Below, in pieces: positions 39,430 through 48,491 of a DNA stretch of 64,000 bases. The translations under genes were made by a program, and so were the position numbers. Under the pieces are notes generated by a model. That model was not told where the DNA came from, ran no database searches, and worked only from the letters and a program-made list of their open reading frames with translations. This DNA is from Candidatus Woesearchaeota archaeon (GTDB lineage: Archaea; Nanobdellota; Nanobdellia; Pacearchaeales; GW2011-AR1). Each line of letters starts with the position of its first letter. Position 1 is the first letter of the stretch. The DNA lies in NCBI GenBank assembly GCA_964551115.1, contig CAZKBE010000001.1:866-64865 (forward strand). Reading direction: 5' to 3'.

Positions 39430-40272
39430 ATGAAAAAATTGCCTTTTAAGAATAAGTTTATTCTTGCACCTATGCTTGAACCAAATGACATTGCTTTTAG
39501 ATTGCTCTGTAAGAAGGCAGGCGCAGGGGGAATATATTCCGGTATGATAAATCCTCACTCTAAAAAGAAATTGGATCTGCAGGATAAACCTATTATTCAA
39601 CTATTTTGTACAGATACCAAGGGATTAGAGAAATTTATAAAAAAATATGACTCTAAAGTATCTGGGTGGGATTTTAATTTAGGTTGTCCTTCTGTTGTTG
39701 CGCAGAAATTGGGTGTTGGGAGTTTTATGCAAAATAATCTTATAGCTATTGATTCTATTTTAATGGAAATTAGGAGGAATACAAAAAAATTTTTGAGTGT
39801 AAAAATTCGAAAGTCTGCTAGTTCTTTAAATATATTAAACATTGCACAGAAATATTGTGATGCTATTGTGATTCATCCTAGAACAAGAGAGCAGGGATAT
39901 TCTGGTAAAGCGGATGTAGAGTTTGCTTTAAATTTCAAACAGCAGAGTAAGATTCCGGTGATTTATTCTGGTGACGTAAATGTTTCTAATGCGAACGAAT
40001 TATTAAAAAAATTTGATTATTTAATGATTGGACGAGCGGCTATGGGAAATCCGAGTATCTTTGCAGTTTTGAATTGTTCAAAAAAAAGATTTTATTTTAA
40101 AGACTATTTGTTGCTTGCTAAAAAGTATAAAGTTCCTTTTGAACAAATAAAGTCTCAATCTTTTTGTTTTACAAAGGGATTTGAAGGTGCAACCAAATTA
40201 AGAATTGAAATCATGAAAGCTAAGACTTCTAATGAATTAGCTGAACTTTTTAAAGATCAAATTCTTCAATAA
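39430..40272 (+). CDS. dus: tRNA-dihydrouridine synthase
   Basis: LAPM, IQLF, DFNLGCP, SVKIR, IHPRT, SGDV, MIGRAAMGNP. Confidence 0.93.
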   Translation: MKKLPFKNKFILAPMLEPNDIAFRLLCKKAGAGGIYSGMINPHSKKKLDLQDKPIIQLFCTDTKGLEKFIKKYDSKVSGWDFNLGCPSVVAQKLGVGSFMQNNLIAIDSILMEIRRNTKKFLSVKIRKSASSLNILNIAQKYCDAIVIHPRTREQGYSGKADVEFALNFKQQSKIPVIYSGDVNVSNANELLKKFDYLMIGRAAMGNPSIFAVLNCSKKRFYFKDYLLLAKKYKVPFEQIKSQSFCFTKGFEGATKLRIEIMKAKTSNELAELFKDQILQ

Positions 40273-40316
40273 ATTCTTTTATTACGCTATATTTATCAAT
40301 AAATCTTAATATTCTT

Positions 40317-40367
40317 GTTTCACTTTTATGTAACTATCAAAAATATTGGTTTCACTTTATTGTAACT
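40317..40367. promoter_or_regulatory. Two tandem imperfect-palindromic operator-like sites
   Basis: GTTTCACTTTTATGTAACT (40317-40335) and GTTTCACTTTATTGTAACT (40349-40367), 32 bp apart, just upstream of TATA CTTATAAA. Confidence 0.7.
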
Positions 40368-40406
40368 GACCAAAATGCTTATAAAGCTAATTCATTTTCA
40401 AAGTCT

Positions 40407-40874
40407 ATGAAAAAGAGAGAAATTGTTTTAATATTTGGCGGATTTTCATTTATAGCTTTAGTTGTTTCTTTAAGTCTTTTGCTTGGAAATCATTTAGAGG
40501 TTAAAACCTGTGGCTGTCCAAAGATGATTTCTCAAAATTTTATAGCTTTATTCACTATTTTAGCCATTCTTTTTGTAGGATCTTTATTTTATTATCTATT
40601 TTCTTTGAAGATCGAAGAAAAAGAGAAATTTTTGTGTAAGAATATGGAAATTTTAAATTCTATTTTAGATAAAGACGAAAAGAAGGTGATAGATAAAATT
40701 TCTTTGAATAATGGGCAGATAGAACAAAGTAAAATTTCTGAAATGTACGATAAAATAAAAGCACATCGGATTTTAAAGAAGTTAGAGGAAAAGAGGATGA
40801 TTGAGGTTGTTAGAACTGGGAAGACTAATATGATCAAATTAAACGAAACCTTCGCAAGAGAGATAAGAAGATGA
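40407..40874 (+). CDS. Membrane-anchored wHTH regulator (2 TM with CGC loop, C-terminal HTH)
   Basis: TM-CGCP-TM, then LDKDEKKV...IEQSKI....KIKAHRILKKLEEKRMIEV...GKTN.I.L. Confidence 0.8.
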   Translation: MKKREIVLIFGGFSFIALVVSLSLLLGNHLEVKTCGCPKMISQNFIALFTILAILFVGSLFYYLFSLKIEEKEKFLCKNMEILNSILDKDEKKVIDKISLNNGQIEQSKISEMYDKIKAHRILKKLEEKRMIEVVRTGKTNMIKLNETFAREIRR

Positions 40875-42010
40875 ATAAGCTATACCTTATTATCCTATTT
40901 AGTTTATTGTTTTTATCCTCTATTGATTCTTCTATAGCCAGTAATACTCTTGAATCTGTTCCATTAGAAATAACTTTTTTTCATATGAATGGTTGTGGGG
41001 CTTGTGCACAAATGAAGCCCTTCTTGGAAGACCTGGATTCTAAGTATAATCTTAATTTAAATTCTTATGAGATCTCTTCTAGAGAAAATTCAAATTTATT
41101 CAAGGAATATTTAGATAGATTTAATGTTCCGGATAAGAGTAGGGGTTATGTTCCTGCAGTATTTATTGGTGATTCTTATTTTATTGGTTTTAATTCTAAT
41201 ATAACTTCCACCATTGAAGATTTTATAATAAATGGGGAATCTAGTTCGAATGGAATTTTTGGTGGTGATGTTGTTCAAACAAAAATCCTGGGATTTTGGA
41301 ATGTAAAGGTTTCATTTAAAGAAAAGTCTCTTATTGCCAGTACTCTTCTTTTAGGATTTTTAGACAGCTTAAATGTTTGTTCAATAACTGTTTTGATATT
41401 CTTAATTGTTTATTCTCTATCTATGGGCTCTCTTAAAAGAGCATTCAAATTAGGTATTATTTTTACTTTAGTAATATTCTTGTTTTATTTCTTGTTTATG
41501 GTTGCGTTAACTTCGATTATTAGCTCTCTCATTACTTCTTATGGATTTTATATAAGACTCGTTGTTATCTCTTTAAGCTTATTTGCAGGCATTCTTTTAA
41601 TTAAGGACTATTTCTTTTATGGCAAATGGTTAAGTCTGAAAGTCCCAGATTCTGCTAAGCCTTTGATGGAAAGATACATAAAACAGGGAACTATTCTTTC
41701 TACAATTATTTTTGCTTTACTCGCTTCTTTAGTTGAACTTCCTTGTACGGCTATATTCCCTTTAATCTATTCAACGATTTTAGCTGATAAGGGAGTAATT
41801 GGATTAGATAGGATTATCTGGATAGCCCTTTATAATATTATTTATGTATTGCCTCTCCTTTTGATAATATTTGCTACTTATTTTTCTTGGACAAAAATAA
41901 GAGATATTGATTCTGAGATTCAGAAGTTTAAAGGGATAATGAAACTTGTTGCGGGCTTAGCTTTAGTTGCCTTTGCAGTTTATTTTTTATGGCCTATAAT
42001 TTTTGCTTAA
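40871..42010 (+). CDS. Thioredoxin/glutaredoxin domain fused to CcdA/DsbD-like membrane domain
   Basis: Signal peptide, CGAC, VPAVFIG; TM region with DSLNVC and ELPCT. Confidence 0.88.
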   Translation: MNKLYLIILFSLLFLSSIDSSIASNTLESVPLEITFFHMNGCGACAQMKPFLEDLDSKYNLNLNSYEISSRENSNLFKEYLDRFNVPDKSRGYVPAVFIGDSYFIGFNSNITSTIEDFIINGESSSNGIFGGDVVQTKILGFWNVKVSFKEKSLIASTLLLGFLDSLNVCSITVLIFLIVYSLSMGSLKRAFKLGIIFTLVIFLFYFLFMVALTSIISSLITSYGFYIRLVVISLSLFAGILLIKDYFFYGKWLSLKVPDSAKPLMERYIKQGTILSTIIFALLASLVELPCTAIFPLIYSTILADKGVIGLDRIIWIALYNIIYVLPLLLIIFATYFSWTKIRDIDSEIQKFKGIMKLVAGLALVAFAVYFLWPIIFA

Positions 42011-42046
42011 AGGCATATTTAAAAACTTGTTACGGTTTATGTTTTA

Positions 42047-43048
42047 ATGAAAGATATTGAAAAAAATGGAGATACTTTAGAGACTGCTAGTAAATTAATG
42101 TTTAAGGATGTCCCAATAACCACGCCCGGATCTACTTTAGGGGATGTGGAAAAGATGCTTCTTAAAAAGACAAAAAATTTCGAGGTTATAAGTTATATTT
42201 ATGTTTTAGATAAAACAGAAAAGTTAATTGGAGTTATATCTATTAAGGATTTATTTAGATTAGACAAAAGAAAATTTGTTAAAGACATTATGATTAAGAA
42301 GGTATTGTCTGTTAGGCCTCATACTGATCAAGAGAGAATTGCTTTTCTTGCTCTAAGGAATAGTCTAAAATCCATTCCTGTTGTAGATAAAGATGATCGT
42401 CTACTTGGTGTTATTCCACATCATATCATTCTTGAGATTTTACATAAAGAGAATATTGAAGATATTTTAAGGACTGCAGGTATACATAAATTTAAGGATC
42501 CTGCAGTAGAGATAATTAACGCATCTGTAAAAATCCATGTAAGGAAGAGACTTCCTTGGCTCATACTTGGCCTTTTAGGTGGAATTTTAGCTGCCTTGGT
42601 TATAAATTCTTTTGAACTTATGTTAAATAAATATCTCCTTCTTGCAGCATTTATTCCGGCTGTTGTTTATATGGCAGATGCTGTAGGAGCACAGGCTCAG
42701 ACAATTTTTATAAGATCTATAGCATTAGATAAAAACATCAATATAAGTAAATACGCTTTCAGAGAAATTAAGATAAACATTTTTTTGGGATTAATCTTGG
42801 GTTTGCTTTTCTATATAGTTTTTTCAATATTTTGGGGGTTTTCTATTTTTGGATTAGTTATAGGTTTTTCTATATTTTTAACTGTCATGGTATCTATGGC
42901 TATTTCGATATTACTTCCTTTTTTGTTTCATAAGTTCAACTCCGATCCAGCAATATCTAGCGGCCCATTTGCAACAGCTGTTAGGGATTTAACAAGTTTG
43001 CTTGTTTATTTTGCAACGGCTAATGTAATGATCTATTTATTTTTGTAA
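42047..43048 (+). CDS. mgtE: MgtE-family magnesium transporter (CBS + TM)
   Basis: CBS pair, KRLPWL, FIP......G.Q, DPAISSGPFATAVRD. Confidence 0.92.
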   Translation: MKDIEKNGDTLETASKLMFKDVPITTPGSTLGDVEKMLLKKTKNFEVISYIYVLDKTEKLIGVISIKDLFRLDKRKFVKDIMIKKVLSVRPHTDQERIAFLALRNSLKSIPVVDKDDRLLGVIPHHIILEILHKENIEDILRTAGIHKFKDPAVEIINASVKIHVRKRLPWLILGLLGGILAALVINSFELMLNKYLLLAAFIPAVVYMADAVGAQAQTIFIRSIALDKNINISKYAFREIKINIFLGLILGLLFYIVFSIFWGFSIFGLVIGFSIFLTVMVSMAISILLPFLFHKFNSDPAISSGPFATAVRDLTSLLVYFATANVMIYLFL

Positions 43049-43056
43049 TGTTTGAA

Positions 43057-44058
43057 TTATTTCCATTTAACATTTACCATATCCGTTCTTTCCTTTGGAT
43101 CAAAATCTACTTTATCTAATTCGGTAGGTCTATAAAATATTTCATTTTCATACATTTTCAGACCTAAGAAGGCAATCATCCCCGCATTATCTACTAAAAA
43201 TTGTCTCTCCGGACAAAAGTATTTTGCCTTTCTTTCTTTACACATAATTTTGCACATTTCTTGTAGTCTAGTGTTACAAGCAACTCCGCCTCCCAATAAT
43301 AACTCTTTTTTCCCGGTATGGGCTAAGGCTCTTTCTGCTGATTCAACGAGCATAGCAAAAACATGTTCTTGTAATGAAAAAGATAAGTCTTCTAAATTTT
43401 CTCCTTTATCTAAAAGTTGTTTTAATTTAGTCTGTATTCCTGAAAAAGAAACATCCATGCCTTTTATGGGGTAAGGGAGTTCAATTAGTTTTTTACCTTT
43501 TTTTGCCATCTCTTGTATTTTTGGTCCGCCGGGAAAACCAAAACCAGCATGTCTTGCAAATGTGTCAATAAAATTTCCTACACCTAGATCTAATGTTTCT
43601 CCAAAAATTCTATATTTTCCTCCCTCGTAGGCGATTATCTGGGTATTTGCTCCGGAGGCATAAAGTAAAACAGGATCTTTTGCGCCAGTCAATTCCCCAA
43701 TTTCTAAATGGGCAATACAGTGGTTTACACAAATTAGTGGGATATTTAATTCTTTACAAATTTCTTTTGTAAATTTAATTCCGGCATTTAAGCATGGAGC
43801 TAAACCTGGAGAGGTTGAGAGAGCTATTGCAATTAAGTCTTTTTTATTTATTTCTGTTTTTTCCAAAGCTTCTTTAAATAATTTGTAGGACACTTCTTCA
43901 TGATGTTTACCAACAATTGTGGGAATTAATCCTCCTTGCGTAGTTGTAAATGTATCCTTTAGATTACAAAGAATTTTTTTTGTTGTCTCTTCAATTATTG
44001 CTATTCCGAATGTATGTGCTGTAGATTCAATTCCTAGAAGATATTTTTTTCTTTTCAT
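43057..44058 (-). CDS. kae1: tRNA N6-threonylcarbamoyltransferase Kae1
   Basis: LGIESTAH, VNHCIAHLE, LYASGANTQI, IFGETLD, GGVACN, DNAGMIA. Confidence 0.96.
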   Translation of the reverse strand: MKRKKYLLGIESTAHTFGIAIIEETTKKILCNLKDTFTTTQGGLIPTIVGKHHEEVSYKLFKEALEKTEINKKDLIAIALSTSPGLAPCLNAGIKFTKEICKELNIPLICVNHCIAHLEIGELTGAKDPVLLYASGANTQIIAYEGGKYRIFGETLDLGVGNFIDTFARHAGFGFPGGPKIQEMAKKGKKLIELPYPIKGMDVSFSGIQTKLKQLLDKGENLEDLSFSLQEHVFAMLVESAERALAHTGKKELLLGGGVACNTRLQEMCKIMCKERKAKYFCPERQFLVDNAGMIAFLGLKMYENEIFYRPTELDKVDFDPKERTDMVNVKWK

Positions 44059-44106
44059 ATAAATAACACAAAAATAGAATATAAAAAGGTTGGGAAAATC
44101 TACTAT

Positions 44107-44802
44107 TTAGTCAAGAGCTCTCATTCCAATTGACCCTAACAAACCGTTTAAAAAGGATACATTGTGGAATCTTAGGTCCCTTGATTTATCCAAAGAATTA
44201 GAATAATGAAAATTAGCATTTGACCAGAAAGGAAAAACAGGTTTAAACAATCTTTCTGAACTAACAAGATTTATAGGAGGATTAAGTCCAGAACATAAAA
44301 CCTTACCCCCGAGTATTGCAACATCTCTTCTTGCTCTAATTGAGTTTCCTTTACTATTCCCAGGATAGTTTTCTCCTGCACTAATTGAGACTACAGAAAT
44401 TAGAGGGTAGCACTGACCGAAATTGTCTGTCATTTCTGTCATCGGAAAAAAAGTATTTATATCTATCTCGAATTGTGAGGGATCTCTTCGAACTAAACCA
44501 GACTGTCTAGGTAAATTCATCACCATTTTTCTTAAGGCACCTATGTCTCCGTTTTCTCCGTCCAAATAATTAACAAATTTTGCTTCAGAAGTAGTAGTCG
44601 AAGCTGGGCGAAGATAATAGCCCTCAAAGTGTTTTTCCATATAATTCTCGTGTATATAAGCTAATGAAACGAAAGGACCTTTATCAAGGTGTGGAAGTCT
44701 TCTGGTCTCATGGTTCAATATCCTATCTAATTTGTCTTGGCTTTTCTCCTTCAGAAAACGCAATAGTCTTCTTTCGTTTTTTTGAACAAGTTCATCTAAC
44801 AT
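44107..44802 (-). CDS. Hypothetical protein (ORFan)
   Basis: 231-aa ORF with TATA TTTAAAAG upstream; no motif. Confidence 0.7.
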   Translation of the reverse strand: MLDELVQKNERRLLRFLKEKSQDKLDRILNHETRRLPHLDKGPFVSLAYIHENYMEKHFEGYYLRPASTTTSEAKFVNYLDGENGDIGALRKMVMNLPRQSGLVRRDPSQFEIDINTFFPMTEMTDNFGQCYPLISVVSISAGENYPGNSKGNSIRARRDVAILGGKVLCSGLNPPINLVSSERLFKPVFPFWSNANFHYSNSLDKSRDLRFHNVSFLNGLLGSIGMRALD

Positions 44803-44928
44803 AATTTGTTAAAAAGGAAGACTCCTTTTAAACATTTATCTCTTCTAAAATATACATTCAAAAATTTTACCAAAAAAATACTAAAAAGAATATGATATAA
44901 AAAAAATATAATAATATCAAAATTATTG

Positions 44929-44962
44929 AATGGACCCACCTTCCCTATAAGGCAGGCCCATT
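44929..44962 (-). terminator. 14-bp RNA stem-loop 3' of the small basic protein gene
   Basis: Minus strand AATGGGCCTGCCTT-ATAGGG-AAGGTGGGTCCATT (three G-U pairs, so fully paired only on this strand), followed by a U-rich tract. Confidence 0.7.
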
Positions 44963-44994
44963 AATAAAGTATGAATAAATTGCTTAAAGAAGAT

Positions 44995-45141
44995 TTATTT
45001 CTTCTTAACAGCTTTTTTAGCAGCTTTTTTCTTTCTGCCGCCTCTTGCCATTACAGCTTCACATACGTTTCCTTTTCCATCAACGTAATAAAGATGTCCT
45101 GGTTTCCTTTCAACAACATTTTTCACAATTACTTTTCCCAT
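44995..45141 (-). CDS. 48-aa Lys-rich small basic protein, putative nucleoid/nucleic-acid-binding (not in ORF track)
   Basis: MGKVIVKNVVERKPGHLYYVDGKGNVCEAVMARGGRKKKAAKKAVKKK; strong SD AAGGAGGT, TATA TTTAAATA upstream, own 3' hairpin. Confidence 0.88.
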   Translation of the reverse strand: MGKVIVKNVVERKPGHLYYVDGKGNVCEAVMARGGRKKKAAKKAVKKK

Positions 45142-45272
45142 TTTATACCTCCTTTTAGCACCTTATTTAATCACGATAAACCCCTATTTAAATGTTTTGT
45201 TTTTATTATCGTCGAGGTTTTATTATATTTAAAAAACTAAAATTATTTAAATCCTAAAAAGTTTAAATTAAA

Positions 45273-45962
45273 ATGGATATTTCTGCGGAGCTTAGAAAAT
45301 TAAGAGATGAAGATAAAGCTAAGATTCTTTCAAGATTTTTCAAAACTCAAAAAGGAGAATATGGTGAGGGGGATAGATTTTTAGGCATTACTGTACCAAA
45401 GCAAAGAGAACTAGTAAAAAAATTTTGGAAACAAATAAATTTTAGTGAATTAGAGAAACTAATAAAATCAGGTTTTCACGAGGAGAGATTGACTGCCTTG
45501 CTTATTCTTGTAAATAAATATGAACAAGGAGAAAACTTGGAGGAGATTTTTAATTTTTATCTTAAGAATAAATATTTTATTAACAATTGGGATTTGGTTG
45601 ATTTATCTGCCCCAAAAATTGTAGGTACTTTTTTATTGAATAAGGATAAAAAAATTTTATATGAGCTAGCAAAATCTAAAAATCTTTGGGATAGAAGAAT
45701 TTCTATTCTCTCTACATTTACTTTTATTAGACAAAATGAATTTAAAGATGCTATAAAAATTTCGAAAATTCTTTTAAATGATTCGCATGACCTAATCCAC
45801 AAATCTGTCGGATGGATGCTTAGGGAAATCGGTAAAAGAAACTTATTTGTTTTAGAAAAATTTCTTGAAGAGAATTATAAAAATTTATCTCGCACAACTT
45901 TAAGGTATTCTATAGAAAGAATGACCGCGTCCAAGAGAAGTTATTATCTAAGTAAACAATAG
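45273..45962 (+). CDS. DNA alkylation repair protein (AlkD-like HEAT-repeat)
   Basis: FFKT..GEYGEGD.FLG, NNWDLVD, LWDRR, DLIHKSVGWMLREIGK. Confidence 0.92.
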   Translation: MDISAELRKLRDEDKAKILSRFFKTQKGEYGEGDRFLGITVPKQRELVKKFWKQINFSELEKLIKSGFHEERLTALLILVNKYEQGENLEEIFNFYLKNKYFINNWDLVDLSAPKIVGTFLLNKDKKILYELAKSKNLWDRRISILSTFTFIRQNEFKDAIKISKILLNDSHDLIHKSVGWMLREIGKRNLFVLEKFLEENYKNLSRTTLRYSIERMTASKRSYYLSKQ

Positions 45963-46000
45963 TTTTATAAATGTGTTCTTGTTTAATATTTAAGGTTTCA

Positions 46001-46393
46001 ATGGTTACAAAAAAGAGTTCATCAAAAGAGAAAGGGTTAACAAAAGCACAAAAGGAAGATTTGTTAATTGAGAATTTTGTTGGACTTCAGAAAGCAATGA
46101 CTTATCTTTCTTTAAAATTTGAGAATTTATCGGATAATTTATCTAAACTATTAGAGGTTTTGGAACTTTCTGCAAGGAATTACCTTACCAAAGAAGCTCC
46201 AAAGGATGCAAGCTCTTCTGAGTTAATCAAGCAGGTAAATTATCTTATCGATCAAAACAAGGCTATTGCTGAAGGATTATTATTGATTGATGATACAATA
46301 AGAAAGAAGCAATCAAAAGAGGAAGCAGAGGCTCCGGAAACTTCTAATATGCCAACCAAACTCAGATCCAAACCCCTGCCAAGAACGTTATGA
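46001..46393 (+). CDS. Hypothetical coiled-coil protein
   Basis: LLIENFVGLQK...LLDQNK-type heptads; start set at MVTKK after a TATA box. Confidence 0.75.
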   Translation: MVTKKSSSKEKGLTKAQKEDLLIENFVGLQKAMTYLSLKFENLSDNLSKLLEVLELSARNYLTKEAPKDASSSELIKQVNYLIDQNKAIAEGLLLIDDTIRKKQSKEEAEAPETSNMPTKLRSKPLPRTL

Positions 46394-47193
46394 CTTTAGC
46401 CCACAAGTCTCCAATTGTAACTTCGATAATATTTAACTTGATAAGGGAGGTACATTTTGAGAAGTTTAAGTTTTCTAAGAAAGAAACTATTGATTCAAAT
46501 ATGGTCCCAAAACTTTCATCATCCATTATGAATCGTCATGGGTTTCAGGAAAGTTCTCATCAGACAAAATTTATAAAGCCTCTAATAATTCCTTCCTTTT
46601 CTTTACCTGTCAAAAAAGAAGCTACTTCAAGAGTATCTACAAAACAAGAAATAAGACCAATTTCTAAAGAAATTGTGCCGGCCAAAGTTTCTGATTTAAA
46701 GCCTAAAATTCCGGATGGGTTCCAAGAAAGTATAATCGAAAAGGATAAGGTGGTTGTTTCAACTCAAACGATTAATACTCCTTTGCCAATTAGTGAGATT
46801 CCTATAAAATCTGCTGCTCCTGTGCAGAGAGTTGTATCTATTACCCCTTTACCTACCAGAACCCCGCAAGTAGCACCAATTGTTCCCATAAACCTTTTCC
46901 AGAATCCTCCAAACTATGGTAAGTTAAATATGCTTTTAAAAGACCCTTCAATACAATTTATAGAATGTCTTGGACCTGGCCAGAGGGTAATCATAACTAG
47001 AAATAATCAGAAACAACAAACAAATATTATTCTTGTGAAAGAAGAAATTAAGATGCTTTTAGATAACCTTTCTGCTAAAACGCGGATTCCTCTAATTACG
47101 GGTGTTTTTCGAGTTGCGTGGGATAGATATATTATTAATGCTATTATTTCGGATACACTTGAGCCTAGATTTTTAATTAAGGTTGAAAGATAA
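46390..47193 (+). CDS. Hypothetical protein: Pro-rich linker + C-terminal domain resembling the N-domain of type II/IV secretion ATPases
   Basis: YGKLNMLLKDPSIQFIECLGPG; no Walker motifs. Confidence 0.65.
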   Translation: MTLAHKSPIVTSIIFNLIREVHFEKFKFSKKETIDSNMVPKLSSSIMNRHGFQESSHQTKFIKPLIIPSFSLPVKKEATSRVSTKQEIRPISKEIVPAKVSDLKPKIPDGFQESIIEKDKVVVSTQTINTPLPISEIPIKSAAPVQRVVSITPLPTRTPQVAPIVPINLFQNPPNYGKLNMLLKDPSIQFIECLGPGQRVIITRNNQKQQTNIILVKEEIKMLLDNLSAKTRIPLITGVFRVAWDRYIINAIISDTLEPRFLIKVER

Positions 47194-47223
47194 CTTTTTA
47201 TAATCTTCTTTCCTAAAAATTTT

Positions 47224-47505
47224 ATGGAAAATGTAATAACCCTTAAGAAAATAAATAAGTATTTTGATATCACTGAGGAAGCTTTAGAATTAGTCAAGAA
47301 GAATATAATCTCTGGAAAAGAAAAACAAGCAAAAGAAATTATAGCTATGTCTTCAAATTATATTTCCGATGCAAAGCATTTTTTTAAAGAGGGTATGTGG
47401 GTTGAGTGTTTTGGAGCATTAAATTATGCACACGGTTGGTTAGATTCTGGCGTTAGGTTAGATGTTTTCAATGTAGATAATGATAGATTATTTACTGTTA
47501 AATAA
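47224..47505 (+). CDS. DUF357 protein
   Basis: YISDAKHF...FGALNYAHGWLDSG. Confidence 0.88.
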   Translation: MENVITLKKINKYFDITEEALELVKKNIISGKEKQAKEIIAMSSNYISDAKHFFKEGMWVECFGALNYAHGWLDSGVRLDVFNVDNDRLFTVK

Positions 47506-47509
47506 TTAG

Positions 47510-48241
47510 TTAATCTATAAGCTCTAAATCTTCGGGTTTTTCTTCACTTTTACTTTTTTCCTCTAGCTTGTCTTTTTTTCTTTTTAGTCCAATTAGGTCT
47601 TTCAATGTCCATCTTTTCATTTTTTCTTTGTTTTGAACAGTTGGATCTTCTTGGATATTTTTATCTTGTGGAGAATTAATATTTTGCTGAACTTTGTCTA
47701 GAACTATCTTCTCTTCTTCTAGATTGACTGGTTTTCTCTGAAGATTAAATTTTTCAGGAACTCTCTTCCTTATTTGAACTCCTAAGTATGCTTCTAATTT
47801 TTCTACATAGTTGTTAAATTCTTTGGATATTTTTCCAGATTCTAGATCTACAATTACCTGTAGGGGGATGATTAATCCTTCAGCCACTTGTGTTTGAGAT
47901 AGTTTTTTTCTTCGTCTAGCTGTTTTAAGGATCCAGTCATAATTTTCAACAAGGTCTGCATGATCTTGTCTTTTAGTTGGGAAATTAAGTTTTGTAAGAT
48001 TTTTATGGGCAATAAAATGTTCTTTAGGAATAGGTTTATTTGGTTGAGCCATTTTTTCCATTCTTTCTCTCACAGATAAGTGTTCTTTTCTACCTTCAAA
48101 ACTGTCGGGATTTGGTCTTTTAACTATAGGTATATCTTCTATACGTGCACAGTTGGCGCAGACCGTCTCTATTCTTTCTTCAAAAACACCCCTATACAAT
48201 TCTGTTTCTTCATGACTTTTCCCACAAATTTTACATTCCAT
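47510..48241 (-). CDS. Archaeal MBF1-like protein (Zn-ribbon + HTH_3) with C-terminal extension
   Basis: CKICG...VCANC, LVENY..ILKTARRRKKLSQ.QVA.......I..LESG; AGGTGA RBS. Confidence 0.82.
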   Translation of the reverse strand: MECKICGKSHEETELYRGVFEERIETVCANCARIEDIPIVKRPNPDSFEGRKEHLSVRERMEKMAQPNKPIPKEHFIAHKNLTKLNFPTKRQDHADLVENYDWILKTARRRKKLSQTQVAEGLIIPLQVIVDLESGKISKEFNNYVEKLEAYLGVQIRKRVPEKFNLQRKPVNLEEEKIVLDKVQQNINSPQDKNIQEDPTVQNKEKMKRWTLKDLIGLKRKKDKLEEKSKSEEKPEDLELID

Positions 48242-48491
48242 AGAATTATCACCTTATTTCAATTTTTAAGGATTGTTGTGGTAGAGTTTGGGATTTTTAG
48301 ACCTCTAATGGAAGGAATCTATAGCTGTCAGAAGTCTTTTTATCATGATTTTCATAAACGGGTATATAAACTCTCTTTCTTTTTAGAATATTTTCTATTA
48401 ATGCTGTTTATCTTAACGTTTTTAACTTTTTTACAATTTTAAGCATAGTCTTTTTTAATTGTAACCGAGAATAATTATTGATCTGTTAATT

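Noticed and set aside
44971..45240. 89-aa plus-strand ORF
   Set aside because: Antisense shadow of the better-supported 48-aa basic protein gene.
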